38,893 bases of DNA from Nemertoderma westbladi (Eukaryota; Animalia; Xenacoelomorpha), in assembly GCA_032718475.1 (NCBI GenBank), contig JAUCBJ010008039.1, positions 1-38,893 of the forward strand, written 5' to 3'. Made by a program: the position numbers and the translations under genes. Below the pieces are notes generated by a model. The model was not told the origin of the DNA and ran no database searches. It worked only from the letters and a program-made list of their open reading frames with translations. Shown piece after piece: positions 21,810 to 33,557 of the stretch; positions within the stretch are counted from its first letter, which is position 1; every line of letters starts with the position of its first letter.

Positions 21810-22105
21810 ATAATAATAATAATAATATTGATTATTTATATAGCGCTTTTCTACGCTCGGCATACCAAAACAGCTTTGTACATGTACAGTCAAGTATGCA
21901 CATATATATAAACCTCTGAATATTCTACCTCTACAGCAACTTTACAAGCACCAAGTAGGAATTTCTATGTTCGAACTATATAATAAACCTATTACCCCAT
22001 CCCCAACATTTAAAGCACTGTACCCAAATAGCGCTGCCCCATCTAGGGATCGAACAGGGCTTCCTATTTGGAAGCCCAGGAATGTCACCACTAGATCAAG
22101 CTGCT
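21810..22105 (-). mobile_element. tRNA-derived SINE (tRNA-Gly(TCC)-like head) with LINE-like tail
   Basis: Minus strand: A box TGATCTAGTGG (22098-22088), CTTCCAA anticodon-loop-like motif, B box GTTCGATCC (22055-22047), 3' end AAAGCGCTATATAAAT followed by (ATT)n. Confidence 0.7.
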
Positions 22106-22215
22106 GCTTGGTCTTGTGGTGACCACAATGTAAGAAATATATAAATCGTACAATTTTCAAATTCAACAGAACACAAATATAATTAAAATAATATTCGACA
22201 TATTTTCTTTTTCAG

Positions 22216-22362
22216 GATTCTCAATGTAATGTTGGAATTGGGATGCGCCAGCTAATAGACTTACTAAATAGTCAACCACCAATGACGATGTTATTGGGGG
22301 CCTCTTGTAGCATTGTTACTCAACCAACTGCACAAACATCTGCTAACTGGAATCTTATTCAG
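22216..22362 (+). CDS. Internal exon of a GABA-B-receptor-like class C GPCR (Venus flytrap / ANF_receptor domain): DSQCNVGIGMRQLIDLLNSQPPMTMLLGASCSIVTQPTAQTSANWNLIQ
   Basis: Acceptor ttttctttttCAG, donor CAG|GTACAT, 147 nt, phase 0/0; aligns with the GABA-B pattern DS.C....G...L.........G.CS.V....A.....WNL.Q. Confidence 0.85.
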
Positions 22363-23237
22363 GTACATATATTACCTGTAGCATTGTTACTGAACCAACT
22401 GCACAAACATCTGCTAACTGGAATCTTATTCAGGTACATATATTACCTGTAGCATTGTTACTCAACCAACTGCACAAACATCTGCTAACTGGAATCTTAT
22501 TCAGGTACATATTTTCCTTGTAGCATTGTTACTCAACCAACTGCACAAACATCTGCTAACTGGAATCTTATTCAGGTACATATATTACCTGTAGCATTGT
22601 TACTCAACCAACTGCACAAACATCTGCTAACTGGAATCTTATTCAGGTTCATATTTTCCTTGTAGCATTGTTACTCAACCAACTGCACAAACATCTGCTA
22701 ACTGGAATCTTATTCAGGTACATATTTTCCTTGTAGCATTGTTACTCAACCAACTGCACAAACATCTGCTAACTGGAATCTTATTCAGGTACATATTTTC
22801 CTTGTAGCATTGTTACTCAACCAACTGCACAAACATCTGCTAACTGGAATCTTATTCATGTACATATTTTCATTGTAGCATTGTTACTCAACCAACTGCA
22901 CAAACATCTGCTAACTGGAATCTTATTCATGTACATATTTTCCTTGTAGCATTGTTACTCAACCAACTGCACAAACATCTGCTAACTGGAATCTTATTCA
23001 GGTACATATTTTCCTTGTAGCATTGTTACTCAACCAACTGCACAAACATCTGCTAACTGGAATCTTATTCAGGTACATATTTTCCTTGTAGCATTGTTAC
23101 TCAACCAAGTGCACAAACATCTGCTAACTGGAATCTTATTCATGTACATATTTTCCTTGTAGCATTGTTACTCAACCAACTGCACAAACATCTGCTAACT
23201 GGAATCTTATTCAGGTACATATTACCTGTAGCATTGT
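22306..23237 (+). repeat. 71-bp tandem array (13 units plus 11 bp) derived from the exon 3' end and splice donor
   Basis: Unit TGTAGCATTGTTACTCAACC...CTTATTCAGGTACATATTTTCCT; first unit overlaps the exon. Confidence 0.97.
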
Positions 23238-23849
23238 ACCTATGTGTACGAATTTTAGTTTTTACTCTTGGTTATAATTATAATTGCTTTCTAGTATATA
23301 AACTTATTCACCATTTCAAATTAAAACGTCACATGAGTGAGAGTTCTCTCAAACAAACAGTATAAAGCTGCTGTACTTGGCAGGTTTCTACTACGGTACA
23401 ACATATAAGGTATAATATTATGGTGGAGTAGATACCTGTCAAAATACTTCCAAAGCATTACAAACAATAAAATGTTGGAAGTAGGTTAAAACAGTCAGAC
23501 ATCCTTGTAAACACAACCTATAGGCCTACTGTAGTTTAGTAGGTTCTTTTAGATCGCTGCAAAGTATCAACTCTATAAAGAATTTAAAATGGGCCGAAAT
23601 TAAAGCATTACAAACAACGAAATGGGAGAAGGATTTCATTTTCTAACAGTTATCGCTCCCTAACGGCAGACTGGGGAACTGCATACCGGTTAGCGTCCTC
23701 CCAAACACGCAGCCTATTATGGTCAGGTACATATCTGCAGAATGTGAGTTAGAACAGATTGTAACAGATGGTTCAACTGCTGTCATACAGTTTCCTACCT
23801 GCTGAAATAGTTTCGCCGAAGCCGGGACAGGCCCGGGTTTTAGAGAGTC

Positions 23850-23990
23850 CCGAATCGAAGTTCCCTGGCATGATCGGCTACTATGTCCATAGCCTCTGGG
23901 CTCGAAAAAAAGACATGAACCGAAAACGCCATAGGCGCAATGATAAAAACAGCAGCTGCTGTATATATGAAATTTAGAAGAGGGCCTAGT
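23850..23990 (+). mobile_element. Possible highly deleted LINE relic
   Basis: PGMIGYYVHSLWARKK resembles the APE segment LPGYYTWSMEATK of the LINE at 36041; MKFRRG resembles its RT thumb. Confidence 0.3.
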
Positions 23991-24354
23991 AATGCTATTC
24001 AATGTATTGGCCCAAACTGCAGAGAATTATATTACTTGCCAAGTTTTACAGTAAGCAAACAGAAACTATTACAGTAGTTTGCAATGTATTGCTCCGTCAA
24101 CTGATAGCTCTTTCCGGTGAATCCTATGGGAATATCCAAACAATAAACTAACAACTAATAATTGTGGCGGTGTATTTAATTTTAATTAATGCGACATTGA
24201 CCTCTTTATGCAATGCTTAGACAAACTATACTGTACAATATTACATTATATTATACAATACAATACATAGACGTACACCCAGAGGACTGGCCAGAAGTAT
24301 AGCCAGAATGATAGTATGAATGACCTCATTCAGGGACTCAAATAGATCAGTGCT

Positions 24355-26162
24355 GCAATTATAGAGGAATATCATCTATCATGTCAACTGTAGCGAAAGT
24401 GTACGATTTATTATTAGCAAAGAGACTGCTAAGATGGAGTAACCTAGATAAATGTCAGGCCGGGGGTTTACCTAACAGGGGATGCACGGAACATATTGTT
24501 GCGTTTACGATTGGTCGTTTACTGATAGACTGCTTTACACAAGAAACTAAGGTTGTATATAATATTCGTAGATTTCAAAAAAGCGTACGATCGGGTACCA
24601 CGGGATCTTTTGCTACAGACATTAAAATTACGTGGTTGTGGTAAAGTTATGTTATTAGCAATACAGGCAGTATATAATTGTACGAAACATATTTTGAAAT
24701 CTGCATTGTTCCTAACTAAGGTAGGTGTCCGCCAAGGGGCGCCCTCGAGTGTTATATTATTTTGTATCTATATTGATAAACTAGTACATATGGTGCGATC
24801 AGCTGTAAGGGAAGATGGGTTTTTAGGGGGAATACATATTCTGTTACTTATGGACAATACTATAATTTTTGCATCAAATAAGGTTAATGCGCTGAAGAAT
24901 TTAAATGCCTTAGTACTTTTTTTTACTACTTACGGGATTGGAAATCAATCAGAAAAAGACCAAATTCTTTACAATAAATGGCAACCTCTATGATAGAGGA
25001 CCTCTTGCTGTAAATAATTTGGTTGTCAATCATTGCGATAATTATGTATATTTGGGGGTGCCGTTTACGTCGGATGGTAAGGTAACAAGTACTCTCTCTA
25101 TGCATCAGTTGCGATGTGAAGAGACTGTAAATAAATTTAGTGTTTTTGCGGGAGTAAACACGAGCCTTCCATTTGTATTAAAGAAACGCGCATTTGATGC
25201 GGCGCTAATGTCGGGATTGTTATATGGGTCTGAAGCTTGGTTAACAAAAAATACTTTACAACTAGAAAAATTTTATTGCAAGATGGTAAAAAATTTACTC
25301 GGTGTGAGATGTCAAACACCAACAGATGTTTGTCTTGTAGAATTAGGTGTACCAAATCTTAAATATTTAATTAACAGCGCTAGAAAACGTTTTATGTCTA
25401 AGATGTTTAAAGAAATAGATTACGAGTTACCGTTTCATAAAGTCTTTGAATTGTGCAAATTAGCGAACACTCCTGGTTACAAAGCATTAATGATGCAGTA
25501 CTGCACTTGTGATGCAGTAGACCCTTTAATAGAAAGTAGAAACCGTATTTTAAGTAAACCACTTAGTGCTACTAAATTTTTAACATATCGCAGCGAAATT
25601 AATGTGCAATTAGTACCGCATCCTATTTATACAGCTATGAAACCTTTTGTGCCGGATTATTTGCGAATTTGGTTTACACGTTTACGGTTAATCTCTCATA
25701 ACTTAAAAATTGAGACCGGTAGGTGGTCGAGAATTAGTAGAGAAAACCGAGTTTGTGTATGTGATGACGTAACTGTTCAGACAGAAGCACATGTATTACT
25801 TAATTGCACTTTAACGGGAGAACTTCGAAACAACAGCAGCTTAAATTTTTACTCTTTGTCTACGCTAATGGGCACAGAAGAATACTATAAACTCTGTAAA
25901 TACATAACCGAGGTACTGGAAATATATAAGTAAGTACAGTAGATACAACAATTGAAGAATAGTATTAGTATATTTATATTGAATTGTGATTATCTTTTTT
26001 GGACGTTACTATGTCACTGTGTGCCGTATAAAGTTAAAATTTATGTTATTATTGAAAATTATTGTAACTTTTATTGTGATGTTGGTGAATTGTATATTTT
26101 GTGTATTTTGTATATTTTTGCGTTTAATTAGTACGTCAATAAACATATATATATATATATAT
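24355..26162 (+). mobile_element. 5'-truncated, frameshifted LINE (RT plus C-terminal zinc finger; L2/CR1-group-like)
   Basis: NYRGI, FVDFKKAYD, GVRQGAPSS, LLMDN (decayed DD), YVYLG, RLRLISHNLKIETGRW...CVC...EAHVLLNC over three frames; AATAAA followed by (AT)n tail. Confidence 0.92.
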
Positions 26163-26414
26163 AAGTACAAATAATAAATTATAATAATTGGCAATTTAGC
26201 AACTTGCCGGGGAGTAGTCGTAGTTTTGTGCTATTATAGTAGTAGAGATATTATTAGTCTCCCGCTCTATCAGGTACAGGTGGAACATATTGATATTTAC
26301 TACAGTATGTTATCAGAAATAATGTGATGAGAGACTTAAGTTGTGAAGGGCGTCGCAAAGGAAGGCAGGAAACCTAAGAGGTTGAGCTAGATTTGCGGCG
26401 GGCTAGATTTGCGC

Positions 26415-29243
26415 CCCATGGAGGACTCAACGTATTGCACATCGCCGTTGTGTGAATAACCTGATCCATGGAGGACTCAATGTGTTGCACATCGCATCGC
26501 CGCTGTGTGAATAACCTGACCCATGGAGGACTCAATGTGTTGCACATCGCATCGCCGCTGTGTGAATAACCTGACCCATGGAGGACTCAATGTGTTGCAC
26601 ATCGCCGCTGTGTGAATAACCTGACCCATGGAGGACTCAATGTGTTGCACATCGCCGCTGTGTGAATATCCTGACCCATGGAGGTCTCAATGTGTTACAC
26701 ATCGCCGCTGTGTGAATAACCTGACCCATGGAGGACTCAATGTGTTGCACATCGCCGCTGTGTGAATATCCTGACCCATGGAGGTCTCAATGTGTTGCAC
26801 ATCGCCGCTGTGTGAATAACCTGACCCATGGAGGACTCAATGTGTTGCACATCGCCGCTGTGTGAATAACCTGATCCATGGAGGACTCAATGTGTTGCAC
26901 ATCGCCGCTGTGTGAATAACCTGACCCATGGAGGACTCAATGTGTTGCACATCGCCGCTGTGTGAATAACCTGACCCATGGAGGACTCAATGTGTTGCAC
27001 ATCGCCGCTGTGTGAATAACCTGACCCATGGAGGTCTCAATGTGTTGCACATCGCCGCTGTGTGAATAACCTGACCCATGGAGGTCTCAATGTGTTGCAC
27101 ATCGCCGCTGTGTGAATAACCTGACCCATGGAGGACTCAATGTGTTGCACATCGCCGCTGTGTGAATAACCTGACCCATGGAGGACTCAACGTATTGCAC
27201 ATCGCCGCTGTGTGAATACCCTGACCCATGGAGGACTCAATGTGTTGCACATCGCCGCTGTGTGAATAACCTCACCCATGGAGGACTCAATGTATTGCAC
27301 ATCGCCGCTGTGTGAATAACCTGACCCATGGAGGACTCAATGTGTTGCACATCGCCGCTGTGTGAATAGCCTGACCCATGGAGGACTCAATGTATTGCAC
27401 ATCGCCGCTGTGTGAATAACCTGACCCATGGAGGACTCAATGTGTTGCAGATCGCCGCTGTGTGAATAACCTGACCCCTGGAGGACTCAACGTATTGCAC
27501 ATCGCCGTTGTGTGAATAAGCTGATCCATGGAGGACTCAATGTGTTGCACATCGCCGCTGTATGAATATCCTGACCCATGGAGGTCTCAATGTGTTGCAC
27601 ATCGCCACTGTGTGAATATCCTGACCCATGGAGGTCTCAATGTGTTGCACATCGCCGCTGTGTGAATAACCCGACCCATGGAGGACTCAATGTGTTGCAC
27701 ATCGCCGCTGTGTGAATAACCTGACCCATGGAGGACTCAATGTGTTGCACATCGCCGCTGTGTGAATAACCTGACCCATGGAGGACTCAATGTGTTGCAC
27801 ATCGCCGCTGTGTGAATAACCTGACCCATGGAGGACTCAATGTATTGCACATCACCGCTGTGTGAATAACCTGACCCATGGAGGACTCAATGTGTTGCAG
27901 ATCGCTGCTGTGTGAATAACCTGACCCATGGAGGACTCAATGTATTGCACATCGCCGCTGTGTGAATAACCTGACCCATGGAGGACTCAATGTGTTGCAC
28001 ATCGCCGCTGTGTGAATAACCTGACCCATGGAGGACTCAATGTATTGCACATCGCCGCTGTGTGAATAACCTGACCCATGGAGGACTCAATGTGTTGCAG
28101 ATCGCCGCTGTGTGAATAACCTGACCCATGGAGGACTCAACGTATTGCACATCACCGTTGTGTGAATAACCTGATCCATGGAGGACTCAATGTGTTGCAC
28201 ATCGCCGCTGTGTGAATGAATATCCTGACCCATGGAGGTCTCAATGTGTTGCACATCGCCGCTGTGTGAATAACCTGACCCATGGAGGTCTCAATGTGTT
28301 GCACATCGCCGCTGTGTGAATAACCTGACCCATGGAGGACTCAATGTGTTGCACATCGCCGCTGTGTGAATAACCTGACCCATGGAGGACTCAATGTGTT
28401 GCACATCGCCGCTGTGTAAATAACCTGACCCATGGAAGACTCAATGTGTTGCACATCGCCGCTGTGTGAATAACCTGACCCATGGAGGTCTCAATGTGTT
28501 GCACATCGCCGCTGTGTGAATAACCTGACCCATGGAGGACTCAATGTGTTGCACTTCGCCGCTGTGTAAATAACCTGACCCATGGAAGACTCAATGTGTT
28601 GCACATCGCCGCTGTGTGAATAACCTGACCATGGAGGACTCAATGTATTGCACATCGCCGCTGTGTGAATAATAAGACCCATGGCGGTCTCAATGTGTTG
28701 CACATCGCCGCTGTTTGAATAACCTGACCCATTGAGGACTCAATGCGTTGCACATCGCATCGCCGCTGTGTGAATAACCTGACCCATTGAGGGCTCAATG
28801 TGTTGCACATCGCATCGCCGCTGTGTGAATAACCTGACCCATGGAGGACTCAATGTGTTGCACATCGCTGCTGTGTGAATAAACTGACCCATGGAGGACT
28901 CAATGTGTTGCACATCGCCGCTGTGTGAATAACCTGACCCATGGAGGACTCAATGTGTTGCAGATCGCCGCTGTGTGAATATCCTGACCCATGGCGGTCT
29001 CAATGTGTTGCACATCGCCGCTGTTTGAATAACCTGACCCATTGAGGACTCAATGTGTTGCACATCGCATCGCCGCTGTGTGAATAACCTGACCCATGGA
29101 GGACTCAATGTGTTGCACATCGCCGCTGTGTGAATAACCTGACCCATGGAGTACTCAATGTGTTGCACATCGCCGCTGTGTGAATAACCTGACCCATGGA
29201 GGACTCAATGTGTTGCACATCGCCGCTGTGTGAATAACCTGAC
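26415..29243. repeat. 50-bp minisatellite, about 56 units
   Basis: Unit CCCATGGAGGACTCAATGTGTTGCACATCGCCGCTGTGTGAATAACCTGA head to tail, no spacers; a few variants with an extra CATCG. Confidence 0.98.
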
Positions 29244-29374
29244 ACTCCACCCTTGAGGAGTGTCAATTTGGAGATCAGCAACGATTTGATGCATTATTAG
29301 TTTCACAAGAATGCAGTGTTGAAATGTTGAAGGTTTTGTTTATTTTGTTACTTTACTATGTCAGCCTCTTTATG

Positions 29375-30200
29375 AATTACTTTACGCCGAGGACCTGGTA
29401 ATGTATGGAAAATCCATTGATTCTATACAAAATGCTTTAAATGATTTATCAAACTATTGCTAAGAGAACTGTCTTACAGCTAACCTGAAGTAAATCAAAG
29501 GCAATGAAATTTGGCCGAGCAGGCATCTAAATCCGACGTCTTAGTTTACCGAGATCAGCCTAGAGTTCATAAACAGTTTCTGCTAACGTGATGTTGTTCT
29601 CACAACAAAGAACTGGGCACTATGCTCATCTCTACAACTGGAAACGTTGAATTGCTTTATGCATGCGGATTACATCCAAGGTAGAGATGGTGGCCGTTTC
29701 TTTGGACAACTCATATAAACTGTGGCGCGTCACTACGAATATAGTGTGCTCTCCAATGCCAATCTGCCACATCCATCGCACGTAATTAATGTCAATGGAT
29801 TTTACTATAAAATCTGCTGCGGCGTAAGTACGCTTCTACAACCAGACTGCTGGATACTATTGATAATCCCAGGCACAATTTATTTCGAATGGCCACACCA
29901 TAATCTGTGTGGCAACTCTAAGTGGTGGGGTGGCGACACACTACTATCACAGAACCACAATTCAGCAATGTGGTTAAAGAACCATATTGCAGCATTACCG
30001 GTACTTGTAAGTAGCATAGAAAGAATCGCTTTCGAAAATACAAATACAAATATCACGTATTGCTGACAAATTTCATTTCAAATGAGGTCATATCTATGGA
30101 AAAAAATAACCCATTGCTTTGGATAACAGATAACACATTTTTGGTAATGGCTGTCACCTCTGTGCACATTGCACACACTTGCTGGCTCATCATAGGTCAG
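29375..30200 (+). mobile_element. Heavily decayed LINE RT C-terminal fragment related to the element at 36041
   Basis: YAEDLVMYGKSIDSIQNALNDLSNYC*ENCLTANL..KAMKFGRAG parallels FADDLL...LQAGLNALSEW...NLKKTAVIKFRRGG; right boundary approximate. Confidence 0.7.
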
Positions 30201-30688
30201 GGAAGGATGAACTCAAGCAAAGCATATACCACCACCGCCCAGCCCATGGGGATAAATCTCAGTACTGAAGCTAAAAGTCATAGTTAAGATAAATAGGAAG
30301 ATGAATTCGCCGATATTACAATGCTTAATACAATTAATTGGTGGTCTGTATCCATCAATTCATATCCCCGCACACTAGCTGCCCTATTCTGTGTTCCAAG
30401 CCAATTAAGTTGAAGGAGTTGTATGTCGCGCTATGCTTTTACTCCACTATGACTGTTGTTATTATGTATATTGTCCAGTTACGCTTTCAATCTGCTCAAG
30501 TATTGACAAGTCCGCAGCTTCAACTTCAACTTTTCCAATGTGGTGTTTGTTACTATCATTAAGCATTCTTCTTTTCTGCTCTTTGATATTATTAAGCTCG
30601 ACTTATATTACCTATGCTATAGAACCTGGACTTACGCTGAATTCGAGCTAGACTTAATTCAATCAATGTCACAGGGTGTAAGTATAGT

Positions 30689-30752
30689 ATAAAACACAAA
30701 ATAAGCGCATTAAAACACAAAATGAGCGCTATAAAACACAAAATAAGCGCTA
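30689..30752. repeat. 21-bp triplication
   Basis: TAAAACACAAAAT(A/G)AGCGC three times. Confidence 0.8.
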
Positions 30753-30881
30753 TTATGATAAGCGATATGGGGAAATTTAATGAATCTAAATTATACTCAA
30801 AATTATTTATTAAATAAAAATACATATATAAATATTCCAATGACAATTCAACGAAAAACTTAAAACCTGGTATTCTTCACC

Positions 30882-30959
30882 TGGGCGTCTCATTGTGTCT
30901 GTCCTCTTCTAGGTATCACATGGGCGTCTCATTGTGTCTGTCCTCTTCTAGGTATCACC
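30882..30959 (+). repeat. 39-bp tandem duplication spanning the splice acceptor
   Basis: TGGGCGTCTCATTGTGTCTGTCCTCTTCTAGGTATCAC twice. Confidence 0.95.
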
Positions 30960-31110
30960 TGTCTCCGGTTCACCAGCACTGATAAACCGAGCCCAATATC
31001 CTCTCCATATAGGAATCTATCCAACAGACTTGGAACTGAACCAACCCAGAATAAACATCATACGAAAGTTCAAATGGAAACGTGTCGCCACTCTCGTTCA
31101 ACTCGAAGAG
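30952..31110 (+). CDS. Next exon of the GABA-B-like GPCR: VSPVSGSPALINRAQYPLHIGIYPTDLELNQPRINIIRKFKWKRVATLVQLEE
   Basis: Acceptor tcctcttcTAG, donor GAG|GTTAGA, 159 nt, phase 0/0; colinear with GABA-B LSY.SSSPALSNR..FP.FFRT.P.....N..R.......W....T; continues the exon at 22216-22362 in frame. Confidence 0.85.
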
Positions 31111-33557
31111 GTTAGACAAAAACATTCCTATATTAGATTGATAATAAATTTATTTAATTACATGAATGGGGGGGGGGGGGGGACATACATTTTTATTAAT
31201 AAAAATCGCGATAAGTAGCAAGTTGGTGGTGATGATGGATGAAGTTATTGCTTTACTAAATACATGCTATTAACACAAAACAATTAAAAGTAGTTTTCCT
31301 GCGTTTATTGGAATTTATGAAACAATACTGACAATCAGAACAGCTAATTAAGGAGCAATAATTGCAATTTTGCAATATGTCATACTCATTTTTATTATAT
31401 ATGGTTGGGTCGAATTTCATACAATATAACTAAATCTCTGCAAATATAATACTCCAGAGCACTAAAAAATTATGGTTAATCAAATTTAAAAATAGACAGA
31501 GTCGTGAAGTTCTTACATATCGCACAGAATACTACAGAACACATTAATACAATAAACTATATGATATACTGCATGCAATGGTTGGAGGAGCGGCGTAGCC
31601 TATTATTGTAGCAAAACCTGAGTTAGTGGAGAACGCTGATAAGTTGACATTACGGTAATGTATAACAAAAACAAACACTAGTTTTACAAGAATTTGTGAG
31701 TGAAATTTATTAATTTCAGTAATATTGAGAGTGTTCAATTTGTATTAGGCCTTGGAAAGTTTGCTACCAATTTGATTAACAGTTAATACTAGTCTGTTTG
31801 TTTGTTTAGTCATTATAGGCCTGTATTGTGTATTCCAGTTGTGGGTCAATACGTGGTGGCGTTGCATTCATATACAGACGGTCTGTTTTTAGAGATATAA
31901 ACTGTATATCTTCATATGATGACATTGTAGGGATAAATGCACGTCTCCATGATTACCCTCCACTTTACACAATCTTGAGCTGCTACTTCCCAGACTCCTC
32001 CAAGGACTTAATGTGTTTGAAACATTCATTGGTAGACTGACTTCGCTAGTGGACCTGTACGATACAGCCATACCAATCATCCTGGCTGATACAAAGTCAG
32101 ATCTTGGCAATCTCCAGGGGCCCAGACATAATAGGGTCAAGGCGATAAGGTGTCCGTCTAAACGATTTCCTTCATAGTCAAGACCTTATTGCTATCGACA
32201 CGTATTCATTGGGACCATTCATTGGACCCTGCATCAGCTTTCCTAGAGGCACAGGCGTATCGTACATAGAACACATCATAACTACTCAACATGTATTTGA
32301 GCAAGTTATCAAAGGCAGAGTGGCGGATGCTGATCTAGCACTCAACTCTGATCACGACCCCATTTTCACAGACTGTCAGTTTAGAACGGTCGCGGATCTG
32401 CCTACAAATCCATCTCAAAAACTGGCGAGCTCTAGACCTGTAAAAATCGCTTGGAATAAGGTACAGAGTCAACATAAAGAGAACTTTCAGCTGTTTCTTT
32501 TACTGTGGAAGCCTCAAAACGCCGTTAATTGGTCTGCAACAGAGTTAGGACAGTTTGCAAACACACTGGAAAACGCAATCTTAAAGGCAGCTGTAATCCA
32601 CCTCAAACATTGTCAGTTTTCTCATAAAACAAAGAACCACCGAATACAATCGTCTCTGCTTTGTAATTGCACGAAAACCTGCCAGAAAGAACCCAGCTGT
32701 GGTGGCAGGATGGAAGGTCTGACACTAGCTTATATAAGGAGCCATTTAGAGAGTCTCGTCATGCCACAAGTCGCTTGAAGAACTTTCTTTTAAAGAACAT
32801 GTTATCCAAGAGGTTGAGGCTCAATGCAAGCAAATTGTCTAGCAAGCCCAAGGAATTCTGGCGATTCGTCAAGGACAAATCTTCTTCTTCACCTCTGGCT
32901 CAGGAAATTATCAAGGAGGACTTAATCGACATAAACAAAGAAAATCCGGATGCTTCTACTAAACTGAAGTCTCTTCAGGCCAAATTTCAGTCCAAAGCTG
33001 ATGCTGCAACATGTCCAGTCATATCGAAGGCCACTGTTCACCATGCTATACATACACTCCATCTCACTTGGGAAATCTCCAGATGCAAATGGGGTCACAA
33101 TGGAGAACATTTTGTCACTTGATATGGACTTTATCACAGAGGAACTTGAGGATCTTATAAATACCTGCTTTAGTCTCGGTGAACTTCCATCTATGTTCGG
33201 CACAACTCTAACCACTAGCTTCTACAAGGGAAAAATCGACCAATTTTATCACCAAAATCGTATCATCCAATATCTACCGAATGGATATTTGGGAAAATCT
33301 TCGAGGGTGTTGTATTACATTACTGTCTACAGTCATTGGTCATCCCGAGCCTCTAAGTAGTTGCATACCAAAGGAAGATTAGTTCGGACATAATTATCGC
33401 AGCTGTTCTAGAATTTATTAATTATCAAAGATAATGCGGCCAATCTTTATACATCTCTAGATATCCAGAGCGCCTTCAATAAATTAGAGTATGACTTGCT
33501 TTTCCAGAACTATCAGAAATTATAAATCCCCATATCTGCCTTGCTCTTATAAGTTAC

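Noticed and set aside
22040-22105. Functional tRNA-Gly gene
   Set aside because: Acceptor and T stems do not pair well, and it continues into a SINE body with an (ATT)n tail.
26258-26273. SPALS micro-exon of the GPCR
   Set aside because: The real SPAL segment is in the exon at 30952-31110; this is a chance match.
26415-29243. CRISPR array or repeat-encoded protein
   Set aside because: Head-to-tail units with no unique spacers, no cas genes, eukaryotic context; the unit is not a multiple of 3 and contains stops.
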